Assembly: GCA_910587335.1 (NCBI GenBank)
Contig: CAJUMG010000001.1
Coordinates: forward strand, 88,201-152,200
DNA length: 64,000 nucleotides
Source: an uncultured Oscillospiraceae bacterium
GTDB lineage: Bacteria; Bacillota; Clostridia; Oscillospirales; Ruminococcaceae
Direction of reading: 5' to 3'
Shown: one piece after another, positions 7,913 to 17,182 of the stretch
How positions within the stretch are numbered: position 1 is the first letter of the stretch
Layout of the letters: each line of letters begins with the position of its first letter
The notes under the pieces: generated by a model
Told to the model about the DNA's origin: nothing
Databases searched by the model: none
The model's input: only the letters and a program-made list of their open reading frames with translations
Translations under genes and position numbers: made by a program

Positions 7913-8875
7913 TCATCTCATCGGATGAAAAACCAATCGTAAACCCGGCGTCCGATCCATTCCCTTTTCCAGCAAAACCGGAATCAAATTCCCCAAAACG
8001 CAAAGAATACACATCCATATAATGGGGACAACCGAAGGGAGCAAACCAAACAGATAAGGGGAAAAGGCAAATAAGATCTGGTGGACTAGATAAATCTGCA
8101 TGGTATACTGGCCAAGCCGCGAACAGGGATTTTCCTTTGTGTTCGCAAAAATGCGGGAGAATAACAGCATCAGCCAACAGCTTCCGGGCAATCCCAGCAG
8201 CAGCTTAACATAACTGTTTGCGATTCCATCGGTTCCTCCCTGGGTTCGGTAACAGACCAGCAAGGCCACTACAAAGATTGCCAGAGAGCCTATTTCTATG
8301 GCGATCTTTGCACCCCCCCCCCGTGGCGTATCTATCATTTCTTTTATTCTACCTGCGAATACAAAAATGAAAAAGTAGCCCAAAAACTTTCCTATTTCAT
8401 TATTCCAAAAACCGCAGACCAGCCACCCTGCTCCTAACAGGATCTCGATCCAAAGGCGTTTGTTTTTGCAGATGATTAAAAGCAGCGGATAAAAGCCTTC
8501 TAAGAGCATGAGAACGCCGAGGAACCAAAAAGACTTTAATGTTACACTGACCGAAGCCAGCAAGCTTTGATCCTGATGCGTTAAGAAGCGCAACAGAACA
8601 TTGATCGCGGAAAAAACAGCGGTAGGAACGATCAGCGCAATCTCCCGGCGAAATAGGAATTTCTTCTTATCCTCTGCCAAAATCCATTTGGGATAGAATA
8701 AAAAGCCGCTTGCCGCAAAAAAGGCCATCATATGAAAGGAGTAGATAAAATACCAAATTTTTTCTCCTAACACCGTCTCATCCAGTTCAGTATATTGCAT
8801 GGAATGCCCTAACACCACCGAAAAAATCAAGAATCCTTTCAGCATGTCCAGCCAAACAATCCTCTTTTTTCCCAT
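7913..8875 (-). CDS. acyltransferase family 3 membrane O-acyltransferase (in frame, carries a G10 tract)
   Basis: 320 aa, polytopic. N-terminus WLDMLKGFLIFSVVLGH is typical of acyltransferase-3. The poly-G tract encodes ...TPRGGGAK... Confidence 0.8.
   Translation of the reverse strand: MGKKRIVWLDMLKGFLIFSVVLGHSMQYTELDETVLGEKIWYFIYSFHMMAFFAASGFLFYPKWILAEDKKKFLFRREIALIVPTAVFSAINVLLRFLTHQDQSLLASVSVTLKSFWFLGVLMLLEGFYPLLLIICKNKRLWIEILLGAGWLVCGFWNNEIGKFLGYFFIFVFAGRIKEMIDTPRGGGAKIAIEIGSLAIFVVALLVCYRTQGGTDGIANSYVKLLLGLPGSCWLMLLFSRIFANTKENPCSRLGQYTMQIYLVHQILFAFSPYLFGLLPSVVPIIWMCILCVLGNLIPVLLEKGMDRTPGLRLVFHPMR
8313..8322 (-). repeat. G10 homopolymer on the coding strand (C10 as given) inside the acyltransferase-3 gene
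   Basis: Counted directly in cacccccccc|cc. Confidence 0.95.
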
Positions 8876-8890
8876 TTTCTACCTTCTTCC

Positions 8891-9916
8891 CTAAAACTTA
8901 AAATCAACATGGAACAGCTTGGTCATGCAGCGATAGCACCACAGGAACAAGCGGAAGCAACCGATTTTATGCAGGATCAGGCTTCCCCAAATGGCCAGAC
9001 CCTTTATTCCATGTTTTTTCAGCTGAGACAGGCGCATCCACCGGTTATCGCTGAACCAGGCATATTCTTCTTTAAAGTAGCTTCTCGTCCACTTTAAATG
9101 CCGGTGCAGATTGATCGCAGGATTGTCGCTGGCCCGCAGAGCCATAGAAAGACCGATATGAATGAACGCCAAAAGAGCAATGATGTCCTTTTCCGCCGCG
9201 TTCTCTGTCTGCCGGTATTGCGCCGCCAGTTCCCCGGCAAACTGATGGATGGTTTCCTCGGCCGTATTGGAGATAATGGATACGCCCCGCACCCGATAAT
9301 GAATCAAAATCTGATCTGTGAAGGCAATCCGCTGGCAATCCCCATAAACCGCCTGTTGGTAGCACAGATCCTCCCCCACCTTAAAATCCGGTATCCGGTG
9401 CGCCAACGCCAGTGTACTGCGGAACATTTTGTTCCACAAAGAGCCGTTGACAAAGGCCAGCACATCGTCTTCCGGCGGAAGAACAATCTCAGCGGGAAAG
9501 CCCCGCATTTCCGTACAGAGAACCTTGCCGCTCTCTTCCATGCGGTCGTAGGCACAGACAGCTACGTCCGCGCCGCTTTTTTCAAGCATGGTATGTAACG
9601 CCTCCAGGTACTGCTGCTCCAACGAATCGTCACCATCTAAGAATACCACATATTTTCCGTCAATGAAACCGGAATTTAACGCCCAATTTCTGGTTTTTGC
9701 CGGGCTGCCCAAATTCTGATCCAGAAAAAAGGCATGAATCCGCCCAGGATACCGCTTGGCGTAATCTTGAATGTAATCTCGCGTCCCATCCTCGGAACAA
9801 TCGTCTACAATCACAATATCAAAATCCTGATAGGTCTGTGCAAAAAGCTCCCCCAAGCAGCGGCCGATATATTTTTCCAGATTATAGGTTGTGATAACGA
9901 CTGTAATTTCAGGCAT
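8891..9916 (-). CDS. family 2 glycosyltransferase
   Basis: ITVVITTYNLEKYIGRCL...VIVDDCSEDGT...DGDD motifs. Confidence 0.85.
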   Translation of the reverse strand: MPEITVVITTYNLEKYIGRCLGELFAQTYQDFDIVIVDDCSEDGTRDYIQDYAKRYPGRIHAFFLDQNLGSPAKTRNWALNSGFIDGKYVVFLDGDDSLEQQYLEALHTMLEKSGADVAVCAYDRMEESGKVLCTEMRGFPAEIVLPPEDDVLAFVNGSLWNKMFRSTLALAHRIPDFKVGEDLCYQQAVYGDCQRIAFTDQILIHYRVRGVSIISNTAEETIHQFAGELAAQYRQTENAAEKDIIALLAFIHIGLSMALRASDNPAINLHRHLKWTRSYFKEEYAWFSDNRWMRLSQLKKHGIKGLAIWGSLILHKIGCFRLFLWCYRCMTKLFHVDFKF

Positions 9917-11126
9917 TTTTCATCCTCCTGAGAGAAAAATGTAACATACCAAGCGATAAAAGCCCGGACAGCAAAAAGGAAATGAGAAAGCTCCACGAAG
10001 CGCCCAAAATACCATATGCCCGCACGAGCGGTATTCCCACTACAAAGCTTATAACAGACACGGCAGCGTAGTTTAATAAAATCAGCTTTTGCTGCCGCAG
10101 CAGCACCAGTAAGAAGTATAGCAAATTGACAATTGCCATAAAACCGCCGCCGATAATAATAAGGAGCAGCGGAACACGATATGCTGACAGATCGGCTTTG
10201 TATAAAAATCCCAATACAGGCGTACCGAATATCCATGCTCCAACGCAGCAAAGCATCTCCAATCCAAACAAAAAGGCAATGTTTTTCCCAAATATTTTAT
10301 AGAACAAGGAGAAGTCCTGTTTTTTAAATGCCTCTCCGTATTCGGCCAGCAAAGGCTTAAACACAAATCCGCTTAATAAATTGATGACTGTTGCAGGCAT
10401 AAAGATCATATTAAAATGTCCCTGGGTAACATCGTCAGACAAATGCTCCAAAAGATATTTGGAACTGTTGATTAGAAGAAGCGATAAAAAGGCCGACAGA
10501 AAAAGCGGAATACATGCCTTTATAAGCCGAAACACCTCGTTTTTTCTCCACGCCAACCGGCCCAGATCAAACTGCCTTGCCAGCCAAAAATCCCACCACC
10601 AGGTCAAGGCCAGATTGGTTAGCAGCAGCACAGCTAAGCTAAACACGATATTCTGAGAAATACTCAAGCACAGGATAAAAGCGAGTGTTGAAAAAAAAGT
10701 TCGGTAAAATAAAGATTTTCCGCTTAAATCAATCCGTTTTTTTTGAAAGTACATGCTCTGATACAGTTCCGCAATGGAATTTAAAATCATAAAAGAGGTC
10801 AATAACACTGTAAAAGATCTTTTATTCCCAGAAAAACCCAAAAACTGAATCGCAGCCACACAGCCGAATACCATTAGGCCGGTAGAAAATATCTTAACCC
10901 AAAAGTAATCGGCAAAGCGATATTCCTCATTGTAATCGGTCATCTGAAAGGAATTCATTCCAAATATACCAATTGTATACAGGATGTGGGCGGTGGTCCA
11001 GGCGATACCAAACTCTCCCGCTACCGCAGCTCCTTTTATCCGGCTGATCAGCATCAGCATGAAAAAGCTGTTGGCAGCGAACATGCCGCTGCCCAGCGTA
11101 TTCCAAATAACGTCCTTTTTCTTCAT
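9909..11126 (-). CDS. Wzx-like polysaccharide/oligosaccharide flippase (MOP superfamily)
   Basis: About 405 aa and about 12 TM helices. The start is taken at MKKKDVIWNTLG just after the licD stop. It overlaps the downstream GT2 by 8 nt. Confidence 0.7.
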   Translation of the reverse strand: MKKKDVIWNTLGSGMFAANSFFMLMLISRIKGAAVAGEFGIAWTTAHILYTIGIFGMNSFQMTDYNEEYRFADYFWVKIFSTGLMVFGCVAAIQFLGFSGNKRSFTVLLTSFMILNSIAELYQSMYFQKKRIDLSGKSLFYRTFFSTLAFILCLSISQNIVFSLAVLLLTNLALTWWWDFWLARQFDLGRLAWRKNEVFRLIKACIPLFLSAFLSLLLINSSKYLLEHLSDDVTQGHFNMIFMPATVINLLSGFVFKPLLAEYGEAFKKQDFSLFYKIFGKNIAFLFGLEMLCCVGAWIFGTPVLGFLYKADLSAYRVPLLLIIIGGGFMAIVNLLYFLLVLLRQQKLILLNYAAVSVISFVVGIPLVRAYGILGASWSFLISFLLSGLLSLGMLHFSLRRMKNA

Positions 11127-11136
11127 GTTTTCTCTC

Positions 11137-12006
11137 TTACGCTTCTTCCATTTTTTCATCGCCAAAGGACAGGAAATACGGATAATGATTTGTCCGTTTC
11201 TCGGCTGGCGGAATCTGCATATAATCGCCAAATGCGTCTTTTAAGATTGCGTCATAATTGTTGGGCACCGAAACCAGCATATCCTCAAACGGCATTTCAA
11301 TGGTCGGAAAAATATCGCTTCTCTTCATAATATCCATCATCGGATAGGTACAATTGAAAACTTTGACATATTCTGTTTTCTGCCCACTGCACATTTCTGT
11401 GTATTTGCGATATTTTCGGTAGATCCACTTAGGGGAAATACAAAGCAGCTTCATTCCATAATGGGCAATCAGGCAGCAAATCCTGATAAGAATTTGCTTA
11501 AAACCCGACATGCTTATATTGGGAGATGGCATTTTTCGCAGCATATAAAGCTTTTGCCAGAACCAGCCCCGGTAAATCTGTTTTTTCCTCTCCTTTTGGC
11601 CGTCCGCCAGATTGTACACCGGTATCACTTCAATTGCGATTCCCGTATCAAAAGGCAGTTTTTTAAAGGATTCCTTGATAAATTTTGTGCCTTTTTTGCA
11701 GATCTGTAGGGTCGGAATGGGAAAATCATTGTCCTCTCCCATAATAAAAAACTGATATTTATCCTTCATCAGTTTTGTCCCCTCTTTTAGAAACAGGTCC
11801 AAATCTTCCCGCATCATGAAGGTGTCAATATCATCATCCCAGGGAATAAATCCCTTATGCCGAACCGCCCCGATCAATGTGCCGCACGGGCCTAAAAAAT
11901 ACTGTATGCCTATTTTTTTGCAGACTTCTGAAAAATCCTTTAAGATTTCCACTTCTTCCAATTGCAGCCTTCTTAGCACATCCGGCTGATATTCTCCATA
12001 AATCAT
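11137..12006 (-). CDS. licD: LicD-family phosphotransferase (phosphocholine / polyol-phosphate transfer to glycans)
   Basis: GTLIGAVRHKGFIPWDDDIDTFM is the LicD signature. Confidence 0.8.
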   Translation of the reverse strand: MIYGEYQPDVLRRLQLEEVEILKDFSEVCKKIGIQYFLGPCGTLIGAVRHKGFIPWDDDIDTFMMREDLDLFLKEGTKLMKDKYQFFIMGEDNDFPIPTLQICKKGTKFIKESFKKLPFDTGIAIEVIPVYNLADGQKERKKQIYRGWFWQKLYMLRKMPSPNISMSGFKQILIRICCLIAHYGMKLLCISPKWIYRKYRKYTEMCSGQKTEYVKVFNCTYPMMDIMKRSDIFPTIEMPFEDMLVSVPNNYDAILKDAFGDYMQIPPAEKRTNHYPYFLSFGDEKMEEA

Positions 12007-12102
12007 AATGAAACTCCCTTTTCCATAAAGTACGTTATTTCAAAGAAAAAACACCCATATGACACTGACTGCTGATTGAACGCCCTTTGAAGTATCCTTT
12101 TA

Positions 12103-13236
12103 TCAATATTTTTCACAAAGCTCGAGACTGAGTTTTTTCACCTCCTGTTCCATACAGGCGCTTCTTTCACCCAGTACAGCTTCGATCTCATGATAATGCT
12201 CCAGCACCTTTTCTCCCATCGCCCGCGTATTGAGGGAGGTGATCTGCCCCATTTGCAGCCCGTATTCCTCCATACCCAAACGCCTGAGCAATTCCAGATT
12301 TTTTTGATCATACAGCAAAGCGATCACCGGAACCCTTTGGCGTGCCGCAAAGATGATCGAATGCATTCTCATCCCAAACAAAAGATAGCTGTTTTCCACT
12401 ACTTCCGCCATTTGTTTACAGTTCCAGTCATCCGGAACCATTTGAAAATCAATATCGGATAGCTTTTCCTGCAAACGCCTGCCCAAAATGGCATCGTGAA
12501 AAACCGTTGGAACGAATAAGATCTTTTTGGAAAAAAATTTTGATAATTCCCGAATACATACCGCCAGTTCATTCTCTCGCTCTGAAAAATTCATTTGATC
12601 TCTTTTCCAGAAATTTGACGATTCAAACCACTGACATGCGGTAACGCAAAGATATTCTTTTTCTTTCACCTGCAATATTTGCAAGGTTTCTCCATTACAA
12701 ATATTTTTCTTTTTTACACCAAAGGCGGCATCAGCCGTGAGCCGTACTTTTATTCCAAGCTCTTCACAGGTATCGAACCCCAACTCGTCTCGCGCAGTAA
12801 CATCCGCTTTTCTCAAAAAAAACCGACTCAAAGCCCGGCTCCAATTCCTTTTTAAAGGCCTAATGCCCATACAATAATAACAAACTTTTTTTCGAAAAAG
12901 CATTGCAAAAGCCTGCCACAAATATAAAAAGGGAAGGTTGTACGGTGTCAAATCATGAATCAAGCTTCCCCCACCATACATAAGCATATCGCACCGGCAT
13001 ACTTCTCTGAGTATACCGAACGAATCTTTTATCATGCTCCACAATACGGAAAATGAAAAGCCCTCATTTAACCGGCACGGAACATCCTTTACCGGCAAAA
13101 AAGAACTAACCTTTTCATATGCGCCACAGGTTGCGCTAATCTGCGCATTGGGAAACTGCTCGCAAATACTTTGTAAAATCGCATCATCCCCTCGATTTCC
13201 GCATCCATAGGAGCCAATTACAAAAATTTTCTCCAT
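12103..13236 (-). CDS. polysaccharide pyruvyl transferase family protein (CsaB/WcaK-like)
   Basis: N-terminus IFVIGSYGCGNRGDDAILQSI and the overall length fit the PS_pyruv_trans family. Confidence 0.75.
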   Translation of the reverse strand: MEKIFVIGSYGCGNRGDDAILQSICEQFPNAQISATCGAYEKVSSFLPVKDVPCRLNEGFSFSVLWSMIKDSFGILREVCRCDMLMYGGGSLIHDLTPYNLPFLYLWQAFAMLFRKKVCYYCMGIRPLKRNWSRALSRFFLRKADVTARDELGFDTCEELGIKVRLTADAAFGVKKKNICNGETLQILQVKEKEYLCVTACQWFESSNFWKRDQMNFSERENELAVCIRELSKFFSKKILFVPTVFHDAILGRRLQEKLSDIDFQMVPDDWNCKQMAEVVENSYLLFGMRMHSIIFAARQRVPVIALLYDQKNLELLRRLGMEEYGLQMGQITSLNTRAMGEKVLEHYHEIEAVLGERSACMEQEVKKLSLELCEKY

Positions 13237-13913
13237 CTAATTTTCCTCCAGAAGAGACGTATCAAAACTTCTTAAGCGATCTAAATTTTGGTAAATCTTT
13301 TCTGTATCCCAATTCCACCACTGTAATTTTTGAAGCAGATCCATTTTTTCCTGCTCAAAACGGTACTTAATCACCTTGGCAGGAGCCCCAGCGGCAACCG
13401 CGTAAGGAGGAATGTCCTTTGTCACGACAGAACGAGCGCCAATGACCGCGCCGTTTCCAATCTTTACGCCGCCTTTGATCACAACATCCTGACCAATCCA
13501 AACATCATTCCCAACAATTGTCGGCGGCGGAATAAATACCCCCCCCCGTGCTGTATCCTATTATAAAAGGGGGAAGTAATGCCATTCATTCGGTAGCTGC
13601 TGAATTCGCGGAAAGGGTGTTCGTTCAATCCTACGGTAAGTCCATCGGCAATGCAACAGAATTTTCCAATCGAAACATTTGACATAAAAACATTTTGTTT
13701 CATAAAACTGTAATCGCCAATCGAAACATTTCGGGAAAAAACCGACCAGCCGTATAGAAAAACACCTTTTCCAATTTTCGGTTTATAAACCACCTTGGAA
13801 ACCCAATGTTTCAGCGGTAGGGGAAGCTTATGAAAAATCTGTATTAAAAATTTAGGGTAGAATTGCGATAAAAATTTACTCACTTTCATTCTCCTTAAGA
13901 AGAGTCTCATCAA
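13237..13913 (-). pseudogene. XAT-class hexapeptide-repeat O-acetyltransferase, copy 1, frame-disrupted at a G9 tract (candidate phase-OFF state)
   Basis: ORFs 13479-13913 and 13237-13482 together form one acetyltransferase (...NVSIGKFCCIADGLTVGLNEHP... / ...[30 protein letters not shown]...YRFEQEK...LQWWNW). The frames differ such that G10 restores a single ORF. The true start is probably at 13889 (ATG) or 13883 (GTG). Confidence 0.8.
13539..13547 (-). repeat. G9 homopolymer on the coding strand (C9 as given)
   Basis: Counted directly: aataaatacc|ccccccc|gtg. Confidence 0.95.
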
Positions 13914-14509
13914 ACTTCTTAAGGCGGTCTAAATTTTGGTAAATTTCCTCTGGAGTCCAGTTCCACCACTGCAGTTTCTCTAAAAAATCAATTTTCTCCT
14001 GTTCAAAACGGTACTTGATTACCTTAGCGGGAACACCCGCAACAACCGCATAGGGAGGAACGTCCCTTGTCACAACAGAACGGGCGCCGATAACCGCGCC
14101 GTCTCCAATCTTTACACCGCCTTTGATCACAACGTCCTGACCAATCCAGACGTCATTCCCGACGGTGGTAAAGGTGTCGTTTAATACCCCCCCCCCCGTG
14201 TCGTATTCTATTGCAGAGAGGAGACCAAATTTCATTCATCCGATAGCTGCTGAATTCATGATAGGGGTGCTCGTTTAATCCTACCGTAAGCCCATCGGCA
14301 ATGCAACAAAATTTTCCAATGGAGACATTTGACATAAACGTATTTTGCTTTAAGTAGGAGTAATCGCCAATAGAGACATTTCGGGAAAAAACCGACCAGC
14401 CAACCAGCGAAACCTTTTTTCCCAGCTTTGGTTTATATATCCATTTGGAAGCCCAGTGCTGAAAAGGGCGGGGCAAGCGGTAATAAACTTTATAGAAAAA
14501 GGTTTTCAT
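13876..14509 (-). pseudogene. XAT-class hexapeptide-repeat O-acetyltransferase, copy 2, frame-disrupted at a G11 tract (candidate phase-OFF state)
   Basis: ORFs 14153-14509 and 13876-14235 are paralogous to copy 1 and break at the same ...NRI(R/Q)HGGG position. Removing one G (to G10) fuses the frames. Confidence 0.8.
14187..14197 (-). repeat. G11 homopolymer on the coding strand (C11 as given)
   Basis: Counted directly: ttaatacccc|ccccccc|gtg. Confidence 0.95.
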
Positions 14510-14519
14510 CCTTTTGTTC

Positions 14520-15959
14520 CTACTTCCCTATCTTTTTAATCCGGAAGGCGATATAGGTAAAGCCCGCCTTCATCACCCGTTTAAACTCCACCCAGCTTAA
14601 ATTGGCCAGGAAGGTTTTGAAAATATAGGTAAAGGAGAAGTAGTAGCGGCTCATCAGGTGATCCCGCAGCTTTTCAATCTCCTTGGCGTTGGCGTAAGGG
14701 TAATTGACCAGGCAGTCCAAATACCCATCCTGATTCAGCCATTTGGAATAATCCTCGGTCTTAAGGTACCCTTCGTCCTTCACCCACTGATAGAACGCCG
14801 TTCCGGGGAAGGGAACCGCCTGTTGGAAAAACACCTCGTTGGCATAGACCTTTTTCGCAAAACGGAAGGTATCCTCTATGGTGCTCAGATCATCGCCCTT
14901 CAGACCGATCATAAAGCAGCCGAACACCTTGATTCCCAGCTTTTTGGTGTTTTGGGCAAAGGCCAGGGAATCCTCTAGCTTAATTCCCTTGCGGGTTTCA
15001 TCCAAAACTTTCTGATTGCCGGATTCGTACCCTACAACCAAAAGCCGGCAGCCCGCTTCCTTCATCTTGGCCATAACCTCGTAAGGAAGATCCGCCCGGG
15101 TGTTGCAGGACCAAACCAGCTTCAGTCCCCGGCGCTTAATCTCATCGCAGATCTCCACCACCCTCTTTTTATCCACGGTGAAGGTGTCGTCCTCGATAAA
15201 AATTTCCTGGATATAGGGCATATGTACCGCGATATATTCTAATTCGTCCACAAAGCTTTTCACGCTGCGCTTGCGAAAGCACCGGCCGCTCATGGTCTCT
15301 GGATAGGAGCAGAAATTACAGCGGAAAGGGCAACCGCGGGCGCTGAAAATCTGGATCATGGGTTTGCGGGCAAAGGCGTAGCAATAATCGTTTACATCCA
15401 AAAACTTCTCATAGATTTTCGACACAAACGGAAGCTCATCCAAATCCTCTGTCCAAGGACGGTCCGGGTTTTTCACAATCTGCCCATCCTTACGCCAGGT
15501 AACGCCCAGAACATTTTCCAGCTTTTCTCCCGCTTTCATCACTTCGTCCAGCGTGAAGTCATATTCCTGCCGGACAACCACATCAATCGCCGCGCACTCT
15601 TCCATCACCCGCTCGGACAAGGCGGTGGCATGGGTGCCCCCAATAATGATTTTTCCCTGTGGGTGAGCCTTTTTTATCGCATCCAGGGTTTCATAGTCAT
15701 GGAAACAGGTCGAAGTGGTAATCTCTCCCATCACGTAATCCGGCGCAGATTTGCGAACCAGCTCTGCTGTCTCTTCGGTGGTCATTTTTTTTGCGATACA
15801 GTCAACCAGCTCCACCTCGTATCCCCGATCCATGCAAACGCCGGCGGCATAGCACAGCCAATAGGGATAGTACATGGTGCCGCTTTTGGTCTTTTCCGGC
15901 CAGCGGCTGGAACGGCTGATGGCAAATTTGTAAGGCAAATTTAAAAATAATATTTTCAC
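14520..15959 (-). CDS. B12-binding-domain radical SAM enzyme (class B)
   Basis: The N-terminal Rossmann-like B12 domain (MKILFLNLPY...ELVDC...IIIGGTHAT) is followed by the CPFRCNFC CX3CX2C cluster motif. Confidence 0.85.
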   Translation of the reverse strand: MKILFLNLPYKFAISRSSRWPEKTKSGTMYYPYWLCYAAGVCMDRGYEVELVDCIAKKMTTEETAELVRKSAPDYVMGEITTSTCFHDYETLDAIKKAHPQGKIIIGGTHATALSERVMEECAAIDVVVRQEYDFTLDEVMKAGEKLENVLGVTWRKDGQIVKNPDRPWTEDLDELPFVSKIYEKFLDVNDYCYAFARKPMIQIFSARGCPFRCNFCSYPETMSGRCFRKRSVKSFVDELEYIAVHMPYIQEIFIEDDTFTVDKKRVVEICDEIKRRGLKLVWSCNTRADLPYEVMAKMKEAGCRLLVVGYESGNQKVLDETRKGIKLEDSLAFAQNTKKLGIKVFGCFMIGLKGDDLSTIEDTFRFAKKVYANEVFFQQAVPFPGTAFYQWVKDEGYLKTEDYSKWLNQDGYLDCLVNYPYANAKEIEKLRDHLMSRYYFSFTYIFKTFLANLSWVEFKRVMKAGFTYIAFRIKKIGK

Positions 15960-16138
15960 GATTCGTTCTCCTTCTTACTGATAGTAATAACTGAGCGGCT
16001 TGGAAAAACCATCTATCTATAGCGATGCCATTGGCCCCAAGGGCAATGGTATTATAGACTTAGTTTATAGAAAAATCGATATTTGGCGTCCGGCCCCATC
16101 CTGGGGAATCGGGAGCATTCATAATAAATGGGATCCCT

Positions 16139-17182
16139 TTACAAAATCCCAAAACGCGCAGGACCCGTATCAGCGTTCTCTTTACCGAAAGCACCGGAAA
16201 GGTCGCCGCTGGCCATATGCTCCCACCAGCTCCTGTTCTCCAAATACCAGCAAATCGTTTTTTGGATCCCTTCATCAAATCCCGTGGTTGGCAGCCAGCC
16301 CAATTCCGCCTGTATTTTTGTCGAATCCACCCCATACCGCCGGTCATGTCCCGGTCGGTCGGCGACAAATCGGATCAAGCTTTCCGGTTTGTTAAGTACA
16401 CGAAGGATCGTTTTGACTACCTCCAAATTTGTGCGTTCGTTGTGGCCGCCAATATTATAGACGCCGCCAGCTTTACCTTTTTGTACAACCAGATCAATGG
16501 CGGCGCAGTGGTCGGCGACATAAAGCCAGTCCCGGACATTTTCACCCGTACCGTAAACCGGCAAAGGCTGATTCTTCAGCGCACGAATCAGCATCAGCGG
16601 GATCAGCTTCTCCGGGAACTGGTAAGGCCCATAGTTGTTGGAACAGCGGGAAATGCTGACTGGAAGCCCAAAGGTTCGGTGATAGGCCTGTACCAACAGG
16701 TCGGCCGACGCTTTGGACGCCGAATAAGGGCTGGAAGCGCAAAGCGGCGTGTTCTCTGTAAAAAACAGATCCGGACGGTCCAGCGGCAGGTCGCCATACA
16801 CCTCATCGGTGGAAACCTGATGATACCGCTTTATGCCATACTGGCGGCAAGCATCCATCAAAACACCAGCGCCTAAAATGTTGGTCTTTAAAAAGATGTC
16901 CGGCTTCGTCACCGAACGGTCCACATGGCTTTCCGCTGCAAAGTTGATCACCACATCCGGCTTTTCCTTTAGGAATAGATCGCAAACCGCTTTCCGGTCC
17001 GTAATATCCGCTTTGATAAAGGTAAAGCGGGGATTCTCCATGACCGATTCCAATGTTTCCAGGTGGCCTCCATAGGTCAGACTATCCAGGCATATGATTT
17101 GGTCTTCCGGGTATTTTTCTATCAGAAAAAACACAAAATTGCTGCCGATAAATCCGGCTCCCCCGGTGACTAACCATTTCAT
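16139..17182 (-). CDS. rfbB: dTDP-glucose 4,6-dehydratase
   Basis: MKWLVTGGAGFIGSNF..., YSASKASAD catalytic YxxxK, and length about 345 aa. Confidence 0.9.
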   Translation of the reverse strand: MKWLVTGGAGFIGSNFVFFLIEKYPEDQIICLDSLTYGGHLETLESVMENPRFTFIKADITDRKAVCDLFLKEKPDVVINFAAESHVDRSVTKPDIFLKTNILGAGVLMDACRQYGIKRYHQVSTDEVYGDLPLDRPDLFFTENTPLCASSPYSASKASADLLVQAYHRTFGLPVSISRCSNNYGPYQFPEKLIPLMLIRALKNQPLPVYGTGENVRDWLYVADHCAAIDLVVQKGKAGGVYNIGGHNERTNLEVVKTILRVLNKPESLIRFVADRPGHDRRYGVDSTKIQAELGWLPTTGFDEGIQKTICWYLENRSWWEHMASGDLSGAFGKENADTGPARFGIL

